Part shown: piece by piece, positions 8,466 through 17,783 of the stretch
How positions within the stretch are numbered: position 1 is the stretch's first letter
Layout of the letters: the number at the start of each line of letters is the position of its first letter
NCBI GenBank assembly: GCA_964452935.1
Contig: CAYVNO010000001.1
Location: 25,537-89,536 of the forward strand
Direction: 5' to 3'
Length of the DNA: 64,000 nucleotides
Source: an uncultured Methanosarcinales archaeon
GTDB lineage: Archaea; Nanobdellota; Nanobdellia; Woesearchaeales; DSVV01
Made by a program: the position numbers and the translations under genes
Notes under the pieces: generated by a model
Database searches by the model: none
Told to the model about the DNA's origin: nothing
What the model saw: only the letters and a program-made list of their open reading frames with translations

Positions 8466-9041
8466 TTATTTACCTTTCTTTTTAGTAGCAGGTTTGCCTG
8501 CTTTTTTGTTTTTTTCTTCAATCATCCATTCAGGTTTTCCTAAACCTGTTTGTCTCATTGTTAATCCTAATTTGGGATTAGTTGGATCTTTGTAACTGAT
8601 TGCAATAACTCTTGCTCTGCAGTTATCTCCAACTTTAAGTGATCTCTTTGTTTCTTTTCCTAAAAGAACTTTTTCTTTTGAGAAACTTACAAAATCATCC
8701 ATTGTTTGTGAAACATGAATCATTCCTTCTATTGGACCAATTGACATAAATGCTCCAAAGTCTGCGATATCTTTGATTTTTCCAAGAACAACTTCTTGTA
8801 GTTCAGGTTTAAAATTTAGTATCTCAAACTTAGCTTCATAGTATGGAGATCCATCTCCAGGAATTATTGTTCCATCTTGAATTTTAATTACCTTACTTAC
8901 ATCAATAACAATGCCCATCTCTTTTGAGATGTATCCTTCGTACTTCTTTTTTATTTGCTTTATTACTGCTGCATTCAGGTCTAATCCAAATAGATCTGGT
9001 GTTACTCTGATATGATCTTTTATTGTTGTTCTATAGTACAT
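8466..9041 (-). CDS. rpoE: DNA-directed RNA polymerase subunit E' (Rpo7), S1 domain
   Basis: MYYRTTIKDHIRVTPDLFG...IPGDGSPYYEAKFEILNFKPELQEVVLGKI...GMIHVSQTMDDFVSF...VGDNCRARVIAIS is typical of Rpo7/E'. Confidence 0.8.
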   Translation of the reverse strand: MYYRTTIKDHIRVTPDLFGLDLNAAVIKQIKKKYEGYISKEMGIVIDVSKVIKIQDGTIIPGDGSPYYEAKFEILNFKPELQEVVLGKIKDIADFGAFMSIGPIEGMIHVSQTMDDFVSFSKEKVLLGKETKRSLKVGDNCRARVIAISYKDPTNPKLGLTMRQTGLGKPEWMIEEKNKKAGKPATKKKGK

Positions 9042-9050
9042 TTTTCTCCC

Positions 9051-9434
9051 TCATATTAATTCTAAATATTTTTTTTGCCTTAGGAATATGACTTTTTTGT
9101 TTAATGTTTTTATCCTGTTTTTTAATTCTTTGTCTTGTGTGGCTATTGTATAACCTTTTTTGGTTAAATCAATTAGACAGTCGTCTACGTATTTTTCAGA
9201 GTCAATGGTTAGTATTTTAATATTTTTTGCTTTTAATAGTTGTAATGAGAGAGATGCTGCATCTTTGTGTTTTCCTTTCTGTTCTTTGATGATCTTATTT
9301 AGCTCATCTATTGTCTTGTCGAGGACAAAAAGTTCATACTTTGTATGTATTATGCGGTCTATCTCATCGAATATGTCAATTTTTAATGATGCTGGAAGTA
9401 TTGTAAAATTGGTGTCTAAGATGATTTTTTCCAT
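9051..9434 (-). CDS. PIN-domain nuclease, Fcf1/Utp24-like
   Basis: MEKIILDTNF is a PIN N-terminal motif. The C-terminal TIATQDKELKNRIK resembles the Fcf1-type VATQDxxLR motif. The gene lies upstream of rpoE', as in many archaea. Confidence 0.55.
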   Translation of the reverse strand: MEKIILDTNFTILPASLKIDIFDEIDRIIHTKYELFVLDKTIDELNKIIKEQKGKHKDAASLSLQLLKAKNIKILTIDSEKYVDDCLIDLTKKGYTIATQDKELKNRIKTLNKKVIFLRQKKYLELI

Positions 9435-9521
9435 ATAAGGCGTTTATATATGTTCCTTTATAAATGTTGGTGTTATTTATATCACAACATTTATATATCA
9501 GTATAGCAAAAGATATACTGT

Positions 9522-11642
9522 ATGATATTTGGATCTGGTTATCAAGGGCCTATGCGAAGTTATCATGCTAGCCCTGCAGGCTATTTAGGTAGTTTTAGTC
9601 ACCCTGTTTCTGATGATGGGCAGAAGATTGAAGGGAGTATAGATGGTTCTGGCGCTGTTGGCGTTGCTGATATGGGTATGAGTGTAACAGAAGGAGCTAG
9701 GTTCGGAAGTTTAATCCAAACAGCACAAAATGCCATTAGGTTAGGTACTGGTGCGATTGAACTAGCAACTATCCAGGGTGGAGCAGAACCTGGCGGAGCT
9801 GAGAGTTATGGGCATGAGGCAAGACAGGCTTTGAGAGAGTTAGCTAGAGCTAATAATGTTTATTTTACAAGTGTTCATACTCCAACTAATTCGGTTGCTA
9901 ATTTATCTGGATATAATCCACAGGAGAGAGGTTTTAATGATGAGTTTAGACATAGAGAAATGGAAGAGGTAAAAAAAGCTATAGAATTTGCAGCAGATGT
10001 TGGTGGTGGTGCAGTGGTGGTTCATACTGGAGAGGCACAAAGAGATATGTCAACTGCTCCTTGGAATAGAGAGATTTATCCTGGGCAGAAAGAATTCTTA
10101 GGCTTTGATGAAGAACAAGGAAGACAGGTATTGTATATGGTTGATGATAGAAATGGAAAATTAATAACAGAAGTTAGAAAATCTCAAACAGTTTTTGAAC
10201 CAGATTTTGAGACTACTGTTATTGATGGAAAAGAGGTTTATGTTGATCAGGATGGAAACCCGTTACAAGATGAAACTGATTTTGATAATTTATTTAGGAG
10301 GGTTCCAAAATGGGATTCTGGCGGAACAAAGTTTAAGACAAAAAGAAGAGATTGGCAATTTTTTGTAGATAAGGCTGCAAGATGGAATCAAAATCATCCA
10401 AGAGAGGATGGGAGAGACTGGACTGCAGAAGATATATTTTTTAGAACACAGATGGAAACTAGAGTATTACAACATAGAGGTCATTCTCTGTTTTATGGTA
10501 GAAGTTATGAAGAGTCACAAAGGGCAAGAGATGAGATGTTGAAAGCCTATGATCATTATAAAAAATTAGAGGATAGTATGTCTCCTGAAGAGTTATGGAA
10601 GGTTATGGAACAAGATTCTAAAATGGGGAGACATGGTTATGGTGTCATGGGGAAGTTTGTACCAACTGAAGGTAAATTACCTACACAGATCATAAAAGAA
10701 GCAATTCATCAACAAAACTTAGATTTAAAACACATTAGAGAGGCTTCAGCAGCAGCAGATGCAGAAGCTGATCAGATTATTGAAACATTAGAACATGTTA
10801 AACCTGCACAAGTTTATGCAAAAGAGATTACATCAAAATCTTATGCAGAGGCTGGAATTCTTGCAATGGAACAGACAAAGAATAATCCTTATGCAAAGAG
10901 AGATATATTTGTTGCACCAGAAAATTTATGGCCTGAGATGGGTTATGGTACACATCCAAGGGAGTTGTTGGAGTTAGTTACTGTTGCGAGAGAGAAAATG
11001 ATACAGTTTTTGACTGAGAAAGAGATTCCAAGTAGGCAGGAAATGAGGGATGAAGAAGGTAATTTAAAGATGGAGATTAATCCATTCTATACAGGGATGA
11101 ATAAAAAGGATGCACAAGAGTATGCAAAAAGACATATTAAAGCGACATTTGATACACAGCATTTAGGAATGTGGTGGAAACATTTTCAACCTATGCCTGG
11201 TGAAACTAAGGATGAAAGAAAAGGAAGATTTATGACTTGGTTTAAGGACGAAGTAAAAAATTTACATGAACATGATATTATTGGGCATATTCATGCTGTT
11301 GATAGTTTAGGTGGTGGACATCATCACTTACCTGTTGGACAGGGAGATTTGCCTATTAAAGAGATGTTAGAATGGATGAGAAGAAAAGGTTACAAGGGAA
11401 CTATGATTTCAGAAGGTCATGAAGAAGATGGAAGATTTGGTGCAGGAAGACAGATGACTGAAACTTGGAGTCATTTAGGAAGTAATATGGTTGGGTTAGG
11501 TTATGGAATGGGTGCTCCAGCTCCAGCATTTTCAGATGTACATCATTCTTATTTCAGAAGTATGCAGAATCCTTATTTTATATTTGGTGCTTATTCTCCA
11601 AGCAATGATTGGCAGCTATGGACCCAGGTTCCGATGGAGTGA
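9522..11642 (+). CDS. Large (706 aa) protein with split xylose-isomerase-like TIM-barrel (AP endonuclease 2 family) signatures, of higher GC than the surroundings
   Basis: N-terminal ...AIELATIQGG...VYFTSVHTP...GGGAVVVHTGE and C-terminal HDIIGHIHAVDSLGGGHHHLPVGQGDLPIKEMLEWMRRKGYKGTMISEG match sugar-phosphate isomerase/epimerase TIM-barrel strands. They are separated by a ~370-aa insert of unknown nature. Confidence 0.4.
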   Translation: MIFGSGYQGPMRSYHASPAGYLGSFSHPVSDDGQKIEGSIDGSGAVGVADMGMSVTEGARFGSLIQTAQNAIRLGTGAIELATIQGGAEPGGAESYGHEARQALRELARANNVYFTSVHTPTNSVANLSGYNPQERGFNDEFRHREMEEVKKAIEFAADVGGGAVVVHTGEAQRDMSTAPWNREIYPGQKEFLGFDEEQGRQVLYMVDDRNGKLITEVRKSQTVFEPDFETTVIDGKEVYVDQDGNPLQDETDFDNLFRRVPKWDSGGTKFKTKRRDWQFFVDKAARWNQNHPREDGRDWTAEDIFFRTQMETRVLQHRGHSLFYGRSYEESQRARDEMLKAYDHYKKLEDSMSPEELWKVMEQDSKMGRHGYGVMGKFVPTEGKLPTQIIKEAIHQQNLDLKHIREASAAADAEADQIIETLEHVKPAQVYAKEITSKSYAEAGILAMEQTKNNPYAKRDIFVAPENLWPEMGYGTHPRELLELVTVAREKMIQFLTEKEIPSRQEMRDEEGNLKMEINPFYTGMNKKDAQEYAKRHIKATFDTQHLGMWWKHFQPMPGETKDERKGRFMTWFKDEVKNLHEHDIIGHIHAVDSLGGGHHHLPVGQGDLPIKEMLEWMRRKGYKGTMISEGHEEDGRFGAGRQMTETWSHLGSNMVGLGYGMGAPAPAFSDVHHSYFRSMQNPYFIFGAYSPSNDWQLWTQVPME

Positions 11643-11717
11643 ACGTTTTTATTGGTAGAATTTATTTCTTTTCTAATTTCTTTTTATCCTCCTCTTGTAA
11701 GAAGTTTTCTTTTGAAA

Positions 11718-12494
11718 TTATTGATTCTCCAAGATTATTTTCAATATCTTTTCTTGTTCTTTTTGCAATGCTTCCCCTTTTATGGCAGAGTCTTTGCATC
11801 TGTTAAATCCTTGGGAGTCTTTTTTTCTTGTAATGTCTGTGGTTGCTTTTTCACCAATCATATTAAGAATTAATTCCCAATCGCCCATGTGATCTCTTAG
11901 ATTTTGGTTTTTCTTTGTCAGTCCTTTGAATTGTTTATATTCTGAGATTGTTTTTCCAAAACTAGCTTTGGAGATTTCGTTAGTTAGAATTGCAAAGTCT
12001 TTTTGTTCTTCAATTCCTCTATTTTTCCACTCATCTGTTAGTTCTTGTCTTATTGCTATTCCTCTTAATCTTTTGTCAATCCAATCTTTTGGATAACCTT
12101 TTAGTTCATAGTATTTCTTTACTCTATCTTGTGCAATTTCTGGGTTTTCTATTTCTTCAATTCTTTCGTATCCGACTTGAGCTAGCCATTGTTTGAATGG
12201 TTCTGCTTTTTTTGAAGGTATTGATTGGATTATCCTAAACATTGACTTAGTGTTAGCACAGTCCGTAAGTCTCATTTTGCCATCAGGAGCTTCTAGTTTC
12301 AACTGTCGACAATTTGTCGATAGTTCAATTCCATGTTCAGATTCTCTCTTTTTCAATCTATACCAATAATCTTTAGCGTCTACACTATCTGTAAGGGCTA
12401 AAACAACATCTATTACTGAGAAATACCATTCGCCACTACACCTTATTCTTCTGATCTGTTTTCCTTGGAATACTATTAGTTTGTTCTTTTCCAT
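11718..12494 (-). CDS. dinD: DinD-like DNA-damage-inducible protein (Bro-N/KilA-N N-domain + DinD C-domain)
   Basis: The C-terminal KGLTKKNQNLRDHMGDWELILNMIGEKATTDITRKKD aligns with E. coli DinD KGLKKNQKILDHMGSTELAANLF...KLKRD. The N-terminal FQGKQIRRIRCSGEWYFSVIDVVLALTDS is Bro-N-like. Confidence 0.65.
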   Translation of the reverse strand: MEKNKLIVFQGKQIRRIRCSGEWYFSVIDVVLALTDSVDAKDYWYRLKKRESEHGIELSTNCRQLKLEAPDGKMRLTDCANTKSMFRIIQSIPSKKAEPFKQWLAQVGYERIEEIENPEIAQDRVKKYYELKGYPKDWIDKRLRGIAIRQELTDEWKNRGIEEQKDFAILTNEISKASFGKTISEYKQFKGLTKKNQNLRDHMGDWELILNMIGEKATTDITRKKDSQGFNRCKDSAIKGEALQKEQEKILKIILENQ

Positions 12495-12587
12495 CTAATT
12501 TTAGATGATTAGTTCATATATAAAACTGATTATTTATTGCTAGAAAGTTGTTGTCAGATTGTGTTTAGGACTATTGTGTGGTTGTAA

Positions 12588-12845
12588 CTAGCTAGTTTTC
12601 CACTCGTTAGAGCTGTGGTCTGCGTAGAAATCTATTTGAGGATTGCAAACTTTTGTTTTCGGATTAATTGCTTTTTTATTCTTTTTTGCGCATTCTGGAC
12701 AGAAAATAAATTTCTTGAATGTGTGAGAAATACTTTTTCTTTTTTGATGGTCTTCACAGATGTATCTGCCGCAATGATCACAGAATGTGTCGGTATGTGA
12801 TTTGCAGATATAACATCTGCCATCCCAATGGTAGTGGAATCCCAT
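12588..12845 (-). CDS. Small Cys-rich zinc-finger protein, hypothetical
   Basis: The protein contains CYICKSH...CDHCGRYICEDH...CPEC, with multiple CxxC pairs. Confidence 0.45.
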   Translation of the reverse strand: MGFHYHWDGRCYICKSHTDTFCDHCGRYICEDHQKRKSISHTFKKFIFCPECAKKNKKAINPKTKVCNPQIDFYADHSSNEWKTS

Positions 12846-12857
12846 CTTAATTAAGAT

Positions 12858-13100
12858 TTATTTTTTCTTTTTAACTAATTCATCTAGTTTATCTGTTGGT
12901 TTTGCTTGTGCTTGTGCAGCTTTTGCTTGTGCTTCAAGGTCAACACCTAGATCTTTTAAGGATTTAATATGCATTTGCATTAGTTGTTCAACAATATTAA
13001 GAATCTTCATCATTTCTTCTCTTTCTTTTGCTAATGTTGATAATGCTCCTTTATGAAATCCAACTTGTTCATCTTTACTTGTATTTGCTTCTTCTGTCAT
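12858..13100 (-). CDS. Small hypothetical helical protein (80 aa)
   Basis: MTEEANTSKDEQVGFHKGALSTLAKEREEMMKILNIVEQLMQMH... has a GAGGTG SD 5 nt upstream of the ATG at 13100. The ORF-track start at 13139 is likely spurious. Confidence 0.4.
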   Translation of the reverse strand: MTEEANTSKDEQVGFHKGALSTLAKEREEMMKILNIVEQLMQMHIKSLKDLGVDLEAQAKAAQAQAKPTDKLDELVKKKK

Positions 13101-13139
13101 TTTGACACCTCGTGTGTTATTTAATAAGAGAAATATCAT

Positions 13140-13202
13140 AACTTATATATAAATATTGGGAATCGAAAGTTTTATATATAATGTTCATGACTTTCAGTAG
13201 TT
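13140..13202 (+). promoter_or_regulatory. Promoter of the histone gene, with TATA boxes close to the start codon (leaderless or short-leader transcript)
   Basis: Boxes tatatataaata and aaagttttatatataat lie ~25-45 nt upstream of the ATG at 13203. Confidence 0.4.
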
Positions 13203-13421
13203 ATGGAAAGAAGTAGAAAGGTAGGATTAATACCAAAGGCGCCAGTGGCGAGAATATTAATGAATTCAGGGGCTAAGAGAGTTAGTGCAGATGCTGTGGA
13301 CGCATTTGTTGATGTGTTGATTGATTTAACTGAAAGAATTGCAACACAATCAGCAAAGATTGCAAAGCATTCTGGAAGAAAGACTGTACAAGAAGGAGAT
13401 GTTAAGTTAGCATCTAAGTGA
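13203..13421 (+). CDS. Archaeal histone (HMf-family histone fold)
   Basis: MERSRKVGLIPKAPVARILMNSGAKRVSADAVDAFVDVLIDLTERIATQSAKIAKHSGRKTVQEGDVKLASK aligns along its length with archaeal HMfA/B. Confidence 0.85.
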   Translation: MERSRKVGLIPKAPVARILMNSGAKRVSADAVDAFVDVLIDLTERIATQSAKIAKHSGRKTVQEGDVKLASK

Positions 13422-13776
13422 TGTTTTTGAATGCGTTTGCTTCAAGTTTTGTTTTAGCTTTATGACATTCTTTGCATAATGTTCTTAGGTTTGATTTATT
13501 AAATGGGTTGATTTTCCCTCTTACTGGGATTATATGGTCAATGTCTAATTTAGATTTTCTAAATCTTTTTTTACATATGTTGCATTTGTATTTATCTCTT
13601 CTTAGAATGGCTTTTCTTACGAAATACCAAGAGTGGTCTTCATTGAATGTGTTCATGCACTCTTCTGAGCAGTAGTTTCTTCTAGTTTTTGGAACTATGT
13701 TTTCACAGTTTCTACATATCTTATTTCCGTTTAGGTCTATCTTGTTTTCATAGTCTTTTATTCTTGGAAAGCGCAT
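13414..13776 (-). CDS. HNH endonuclease
   Basis: The motif KYKCNICKK...DIDHIIPVRGKINPFNKSNLRTLCKECHKAK is an HNH motif with zinc-binding Cys pairs. An N-terminal CRNC...CSEEC provides an extra zinc ribbon. Confidence 0.75.
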   Translation of the reverse strand: MRFPRIKDYENKIDLNGNKICRNCENIVPKTRRNYCSEECMNTFNEDHSWYFVRKAILRRDKYKCNICKKRFRKSKLDIDHIIPVRGKINPFNKSNLRTLCKECHKAKTKLEANAFKNIT

Positions 13777-13794
13777 GGAAATATTGTAATTTGC

Positions 13795-14475
13795 TTGTTT
13801 TTATGTTTTTTGATGGTTAAATTTATATATCAATTATATGTAATTCTTTGTATGTTAATTGCTTTATCATTATCAGCTATTGCTTTGTTAATAATGTTCT
13901 TGTTATATTGGAAATTCTATTTTCTTAGGGATCCAATCCGAGCTATACCTGCTGATGAGAATTTAGTTGTTAGTCCTGCTGATGGTCGAGTTAGTAGAAT
14001 AATTAGGTTTGGTGGGAAAAAGCTAGAGATTGACAAGGGGTTATTGGGAAGAATAAAGACAATGACTAATGATGTTGCAAAGAAAGGTTATCTAATAAAT
14101 ATTGTTATGACTCCGTTAGATGTTCATTATCAAAGATCTCCTATAAGTGGGCAGGTTGTTAATATAAATTATAAAAAAGGTAAATTTAGGAATGCGATGT
14201 TGGATTCTAAATCTTTGAGATGTTTGAGGAATGAGAATAACCAGATATTAATCAAAGGAAAAATAAAAGCAAAAGTAATACAGATTGCTGGTGTGTTAGC
14301 AAGAAGAATCAAATGTCATGTTAGAAAAAAAGACAATCTTTTAAAAGGACAAAGACTAGGATTAATTAATCTAGGAAGTCAGGTGTGTTTAATAATACCT
14401 GAGATAAAAAAATTGAATATTAAAGAAGGCCAGTATGTTTATGGTGGAACAACTGTTGTAGGTGAGATTAAATGA
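13795..14475 (+). CDS. psd: Archaetidylserine (phosphatidylserine) decarboxylase, short archaeal type
   Basis: The protein has an N-terminal TM segment, a RDPxR...VVSPADGRV motif and an LGSQ autocleavage-like site. It sits adjacent to pssA. Confidence 0.7.
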   Translation: MFLCFLMVKFIYQLYVILCMLIALSLSAIALLIMFLLYWKFYFLRDPIRAIPADENLVVSPADGRVSRIIRFGGKKLEIDKGLLGRIKTMTNDVAKKGYLINIVMTPLDVHYQRSPISGQVVNINYKKGKFRNAMLDSKSLRCLRNENNQILIKGKIKAKVIQIAGVLARRIKCHVRKKDNLLKGQRLGLINLGSQVCLIIPEIKKLNIKEGQYVYGGTTVVGEIK

Positions 14476-14990
14476 AGATGTATAAATTATTGAAATTAGC
14501 TGATTTTGTTACAATGGGGAATTTAGTTGCTGGTCTGATCTCTGTAATTTATTCAATTAAACAAAACTTTACTATTGCTGTTATTTTTATGGTTCTTGCT
14601 GTTATTTTTGACGCTTTAGATGGGAGAGTAGCTAGATTGTCTAAGAATACAAAGATAAAAAAGGATTTTGGTAAGGAGTTAGATTCTTTAGCTGATGTTG
14701 TTTCATTTGGTGCTGCTCCTGCAATATTTGGTTATTGTTTAGGTTTGAGAGAGTGGTATTTTGTTGTTATATTGTTATTTTTTGCAGTGTGCGGGATGTT
14801 AAGATTAAGTAGGTTTAATATTTTGAATATTAAAGGATACATTGGTGTGCCTATAACTGTGAATGGTTTATTATTTCCTGTTTTGTATCTGATTTATTAT
14901 TATGTGAACTTTCCATTATGGGTTTTTGCGATTTTTTATTTGATAATGGCTTTTTTAATGATTTCATCAAAGAAATTTAAGAAAATTTGA
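14472..14990 (+). CDS. pssA: CDP-alcohol phosphatidyltransferase, archaetidylserine synthase-like
   Basis: The sequence DALDGRVARLSKNTKIKKDFGKELDSLAD matches the CDP-alcohol phosphatidyltransferase motif D-G-x2-A-R...G-x3-D-x3-D. It is a multi-TM protein and overlaps psd by 4 nt. Confidence 0.7.
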   Translation: MKMYKLLKLADFVTMGNLVAGLISVIYSIKQNFTIAVIFMVLAVIFDALDGRVARLSKNTKIKKDFGKELDSLADVVSFGAAPAIFGYCLGLREWYFVVILLFFAVCGMLRLSRFNILNIKGYIGVPITVNGLLFPVLYLIYYYVNFPLWVFAIFYLIMAFLMISSKKFKKI

Positions 14991-14997
14991 GGTAAAA

Positions 14998-15333
14998 ATG
15001 AAAGAGTTTTGGGTATTATTGATTGCATGTGGAATTGGAACATTAATTTGTCAGATAATCAAGTTCTTATTAACTGTTGTTAAGAAGAAAACTGATTATA
15101 AAATGTTAGTTAATGCAGGTGGAATGCCTTCTTCACACTCTGCGTCAATGGTTGTTTTGAGTTTATTGTTGTATTTAATAAATGGACTTAGTTTGTTAAC
15201 TGCAATGGCTATAGTGTTAATGTTTGTTATATTTAGTGATGCTTATAACTATAGGCATAAGTTGTCTGAGATTTTTGTTGGGATTTTGATAGGGGTGGTT
15301 ATCGCTTTGGTTACTTGGGGTGTGTTTTTATGA
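14998..15333 (+). CDS. Divergent PAP2 family membrane protein (DUF212/YuiD-like)
   Basis: GGMPSSHSA is the DUF212 signature. The protein is small and multi-TM. Confidence 0.6.
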   Translation: MKEFWVLLIACGIGTLICQIIKFLLTVVKKKTDYKMLVNAGGMPSSHSASMVVLSLLLYLINGLSLLTAMAIVLMFVIFSDAYNYRHKLSEIFVGILIGVVIALVTWGVFL

Positions 15334-15875
15334 TTGATTTTGTTTTGATGTGTTTATATCTGATTTTACCTGGGGCTGTGGCGAACATGGTTCCAGCAAT
15401 GTTTAGGAATTGTTTTAAAAAATATGCTTATCCTGTTGATTTTGGGCTAAAATTTAGAGGGAAAAGAGTTTTAGGTGCAAACAAGTCTTACAAAGGATTG
15501 TTATTGGGTGTAGTTGCTGCAGTAATTGTTGCTTTTATTCAAAAGATGTTGTATGTTTATCCTTTTTTCCAGAATATAAGTTTTATTGATTATTTTTCTG
15601 TTAATTTTGTTTTGTTGGGATTCTTATTGGGTTTTGGTGCGTTGTTTGGTGATTTAGTTGAGAGCTTTGTTAAGAGGCAGTTTAATGTTGCACCTGGAAA
15701 GCCTTTTATTCCATGGGATCAGTTGGATTTTGTGTTGGGAATGATTTTGTTTATTTCTTTTGTTAAGGTGCTGACATGGCAGATGTTGTTGTTTTATGTG
15801 CTTGTGATTCCTTTTTTACATGTATTGTTTAATCTGATTGGGTATGGTTTGGGTTTGCAGAAGAATAAGCTATAA
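15315..15875 (+). CDS. carS: CDP-archaeol synthase
   Basis: ILPGAVANMVPAMF...LGFGALFGDLVESFVKRQ...PWDQLDFVLG matches CarS (DUF46) motifs. The start may instead be at MIDFVL (15330). Confidence 0.7.
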   Translation: MGCVFMIDFVLMCLYLILPGAVANMVPAMFRNCFKKYAYPVDFGLKFRGKRVLGANKSYKGLLLGVVAAVIVAFIQKMLYVYPFFQNISFIDYFSVNFVLLGFLLGFGALFGDLVESFVKRQFNVAPGKPFIPWDQLDFVLGMILFISFVKVLTWQMLLFYVLVIPFLHVLFNLIGYGLGLQKNKL

Positions 15876-17177
15876 TCACTTCGATTCCAGTTTTTCAGTA
15901 AAGAACTTTTCAAATTCATCTATTTCGTCTTTTAGAACATCTATTTTCTTAGTTAATTTATCTATTTGTTTACTATGATCTTTTTGTTTGTTGTTTTTCA
16001 TTAGTTTTTCTAAATAATCCTTTGTTACCATGTTTTTTGGTGTTTTTTCTTCTTTGTCTACTAGTTCTGTGAAGTATTTCTCATATTCATCCATCTCTTT
16101 CTTTAAATCTTTTATTTTTTGAGAGTTTTCTTTTACATGTTCTTTGTAGTCTTTTTTTGTGCTTAGGTTTTTTGTTATTTTGTTAAGTGTTTTTTCAACA
16201 AAGTCTTTTGTTGCTATCTTTTTATCTATTTTTTTGTCCTCTAATTTCTCACTAAAGTATGATTCTTGATCGTCAATGTCTTTTTTTAGGTTTGTTAGCT
16301 GTTTTGTTAGTGAGATCATCTCTTTGTCAAACTCTTTTTTTGTTACTCCTGGTGTTTTTAACTTCGATATTTCTTTTTTTAGGTCGTCTTTTGTGATAAA
16401 ACTTTGTTTTATGTTGTCTAACTCAACACTATCAGATTCGATTGAATTTAATCTTTGATCTAGTTTCTCTGTGTTATCATTCATTTTTGTTAATGTCTTG
16501 TTTAATTCTTTAGTTGAGACTGTGTTTTCTTCTAGTTTTTCTATTTTCTCTCTTAGTTCGTCTATGTTCATTAGGTTTTCTTGTTTTAAATTATTGAGCT
16601 TTAATGTTTCTTGTTCAATATGGCTAACTCTTTTTGTGTATTGGTCTAGTTTTTCTAACTCTTTCTTTATATTTCCTTTTTTCTCTAGCTCTTTGTTTAG
16701 TTTATCGATAACTTTCTTTGATTTTGATACTGTTAACATCTCTTTTTCTATACTTTCTACTTTCTCTACTACATAATCTATGTCTGACTCTTTTGTTATT
16801 AAGCCTTTTATCTCTTTATTTGTTTTAGTGACTTTTTCATTTACTTTATCGACTTCTTTGTTGTAATATGTGTTTAACTCTTTCATACCTTTAACTAGTT
16901 CGTTGTTTATTTTTGATATCTCTGATTTAAGTTCAGATGTTTGTGTGTCATTTCTGTTAATCTTTTTTATTTCATTCTTTATAGAGTTTAATTCTTTGCT
17001 AATTTCACTTACTTCTTTGTTTGAGACGAAGTTATTAGAAATTTGTTGAGTTCTTTTTGAGATGTTCTTGTCTAGGTTTGTATTTATTTGACTAATAGAA
17101 TTATTTAGTTTTTTCATATCTCTTTCTATTAAAGAAAACGCTTTTTGAAGTCTTTTTTCTTGTGCTGTATTCACCAT
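15876..17177 (-). CDS. Hypothetical K/E-rich coiled-coil protein with internal repeats
   Basis: The 433-aa protein is highly charged, with heptad periodicity. It contains the repeated motifs EYEKYFTELVDKE and EFEKFFTEKLESK. Confidence 0.45.
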   Translation of the reverse strand: MVNTAQEKRLQKAFSLIERDMKKLNNSISQINTNLDKNISKRTQQISNNFVSNKEVSEISKELNSIKNEIKKINRNDTQTSELKSEISKINNELVKGMKELNTYYNKEVDKVNEKVTKTNKEIKGLITKESDIDYVVEKVESIEKEMLTVSKSKKVIDKLNKELEKKGNIKKELEKLDQYTKRVSHIEQETLKLNNLKQENLMNIDELREKIEKLEENTVSTKELNKTLTKMNDNTEKLDQRLNSIESDSVELDNIKQSFITKDDLKKEISKLKTPGVTKKEFDKEMISLTKQLTNLKKDIDDQESYFSEKLEDKKIDKKIATKDFVEKTLNKITKNLSTKKDYKEHVKENSQKIKDLKKEMDEYEKYFTELVDKEEKTPKNMVTKDYLEKLMKNNKQKDHSKQIDKLTKKIDVLKDEIDEFEKFFTEKLESK

Positions 17178-17216
17178 ATGTCTCCCCTTTATTTAAATTT
17201 GGGAGAGAATGTTTGT

Positions 17217-17783
17217 TTATAAAGATTTCGAATACCAGTTTAAGAACTTTATTAAGTTCTGACGATAACCAACTAGTTTATCTCTTATCTTTGTGTCTTC
17301 TGCAAGTGTTTTTTCGTAACCATCTGGTGTAAAAATTGAATCAAAACCAAACCCGTTATCTCCTTTTGGTTCTATTGGAACTGTTCCTTTTATCTTGTTT
17401 ATGAAACATACTGGGTCTTTATTAGGTGCGCAGAATCCTAAAGCTATTTTACATACTGCTTCTCTGTTTGTATTTTTAATTTGGTTTATGATTCCATTAA
17501 TTCCTACCTTGTTTATTTCAACGGCAGTGTTTATTCCGGGATAACCATTTAGTGTTGTAATGAATAATCCTGTGTCTGTTGTGATTACATCTTTATTGAA
17601 TTTATTTGCAGATAGTTTTGCACCTTCTTTTGCTACATGTTCGACAGAGTTCATGCTTTTATCTTCTGGATAATCATATTCAAGAATTTCAAATTTAATA
17701 TTTAAATCTTTGAACTCTTTTAGAATGTTATTGAATATTTCTACCTTACCAGGATTATGGGTTACATAATAAATAGTTTTCAT
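17217..17783 (-). CDS. Non-canonical purine NTP pyrophosphatase (Ham1/ITPase family)
   Basis: MKTIYYVTHNPGKVEIFNN...GFGFDSIFTPDGYEKTLAE matches the Ham1 TxNxxK and FGYDPIF-like motifs. Confidence 0.75.
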   Translation of the reverse strand: MKTIYYVTHNPGKVEIFNNILKEFKDLNIKFEILEYDYPEDKSMNSVEHVAKEGAKLSANKFNKDVITTDTGLFITTLNGYPGINTAVEINKVGINGIINQIKNTNREAVCKIALGFCAPNKDPVCFINKIKGTVPIEPKGDNGFGFDSIFTPDGYEKTLAEDTKIRDKLVGYRQNLIKFLNWYSKSL

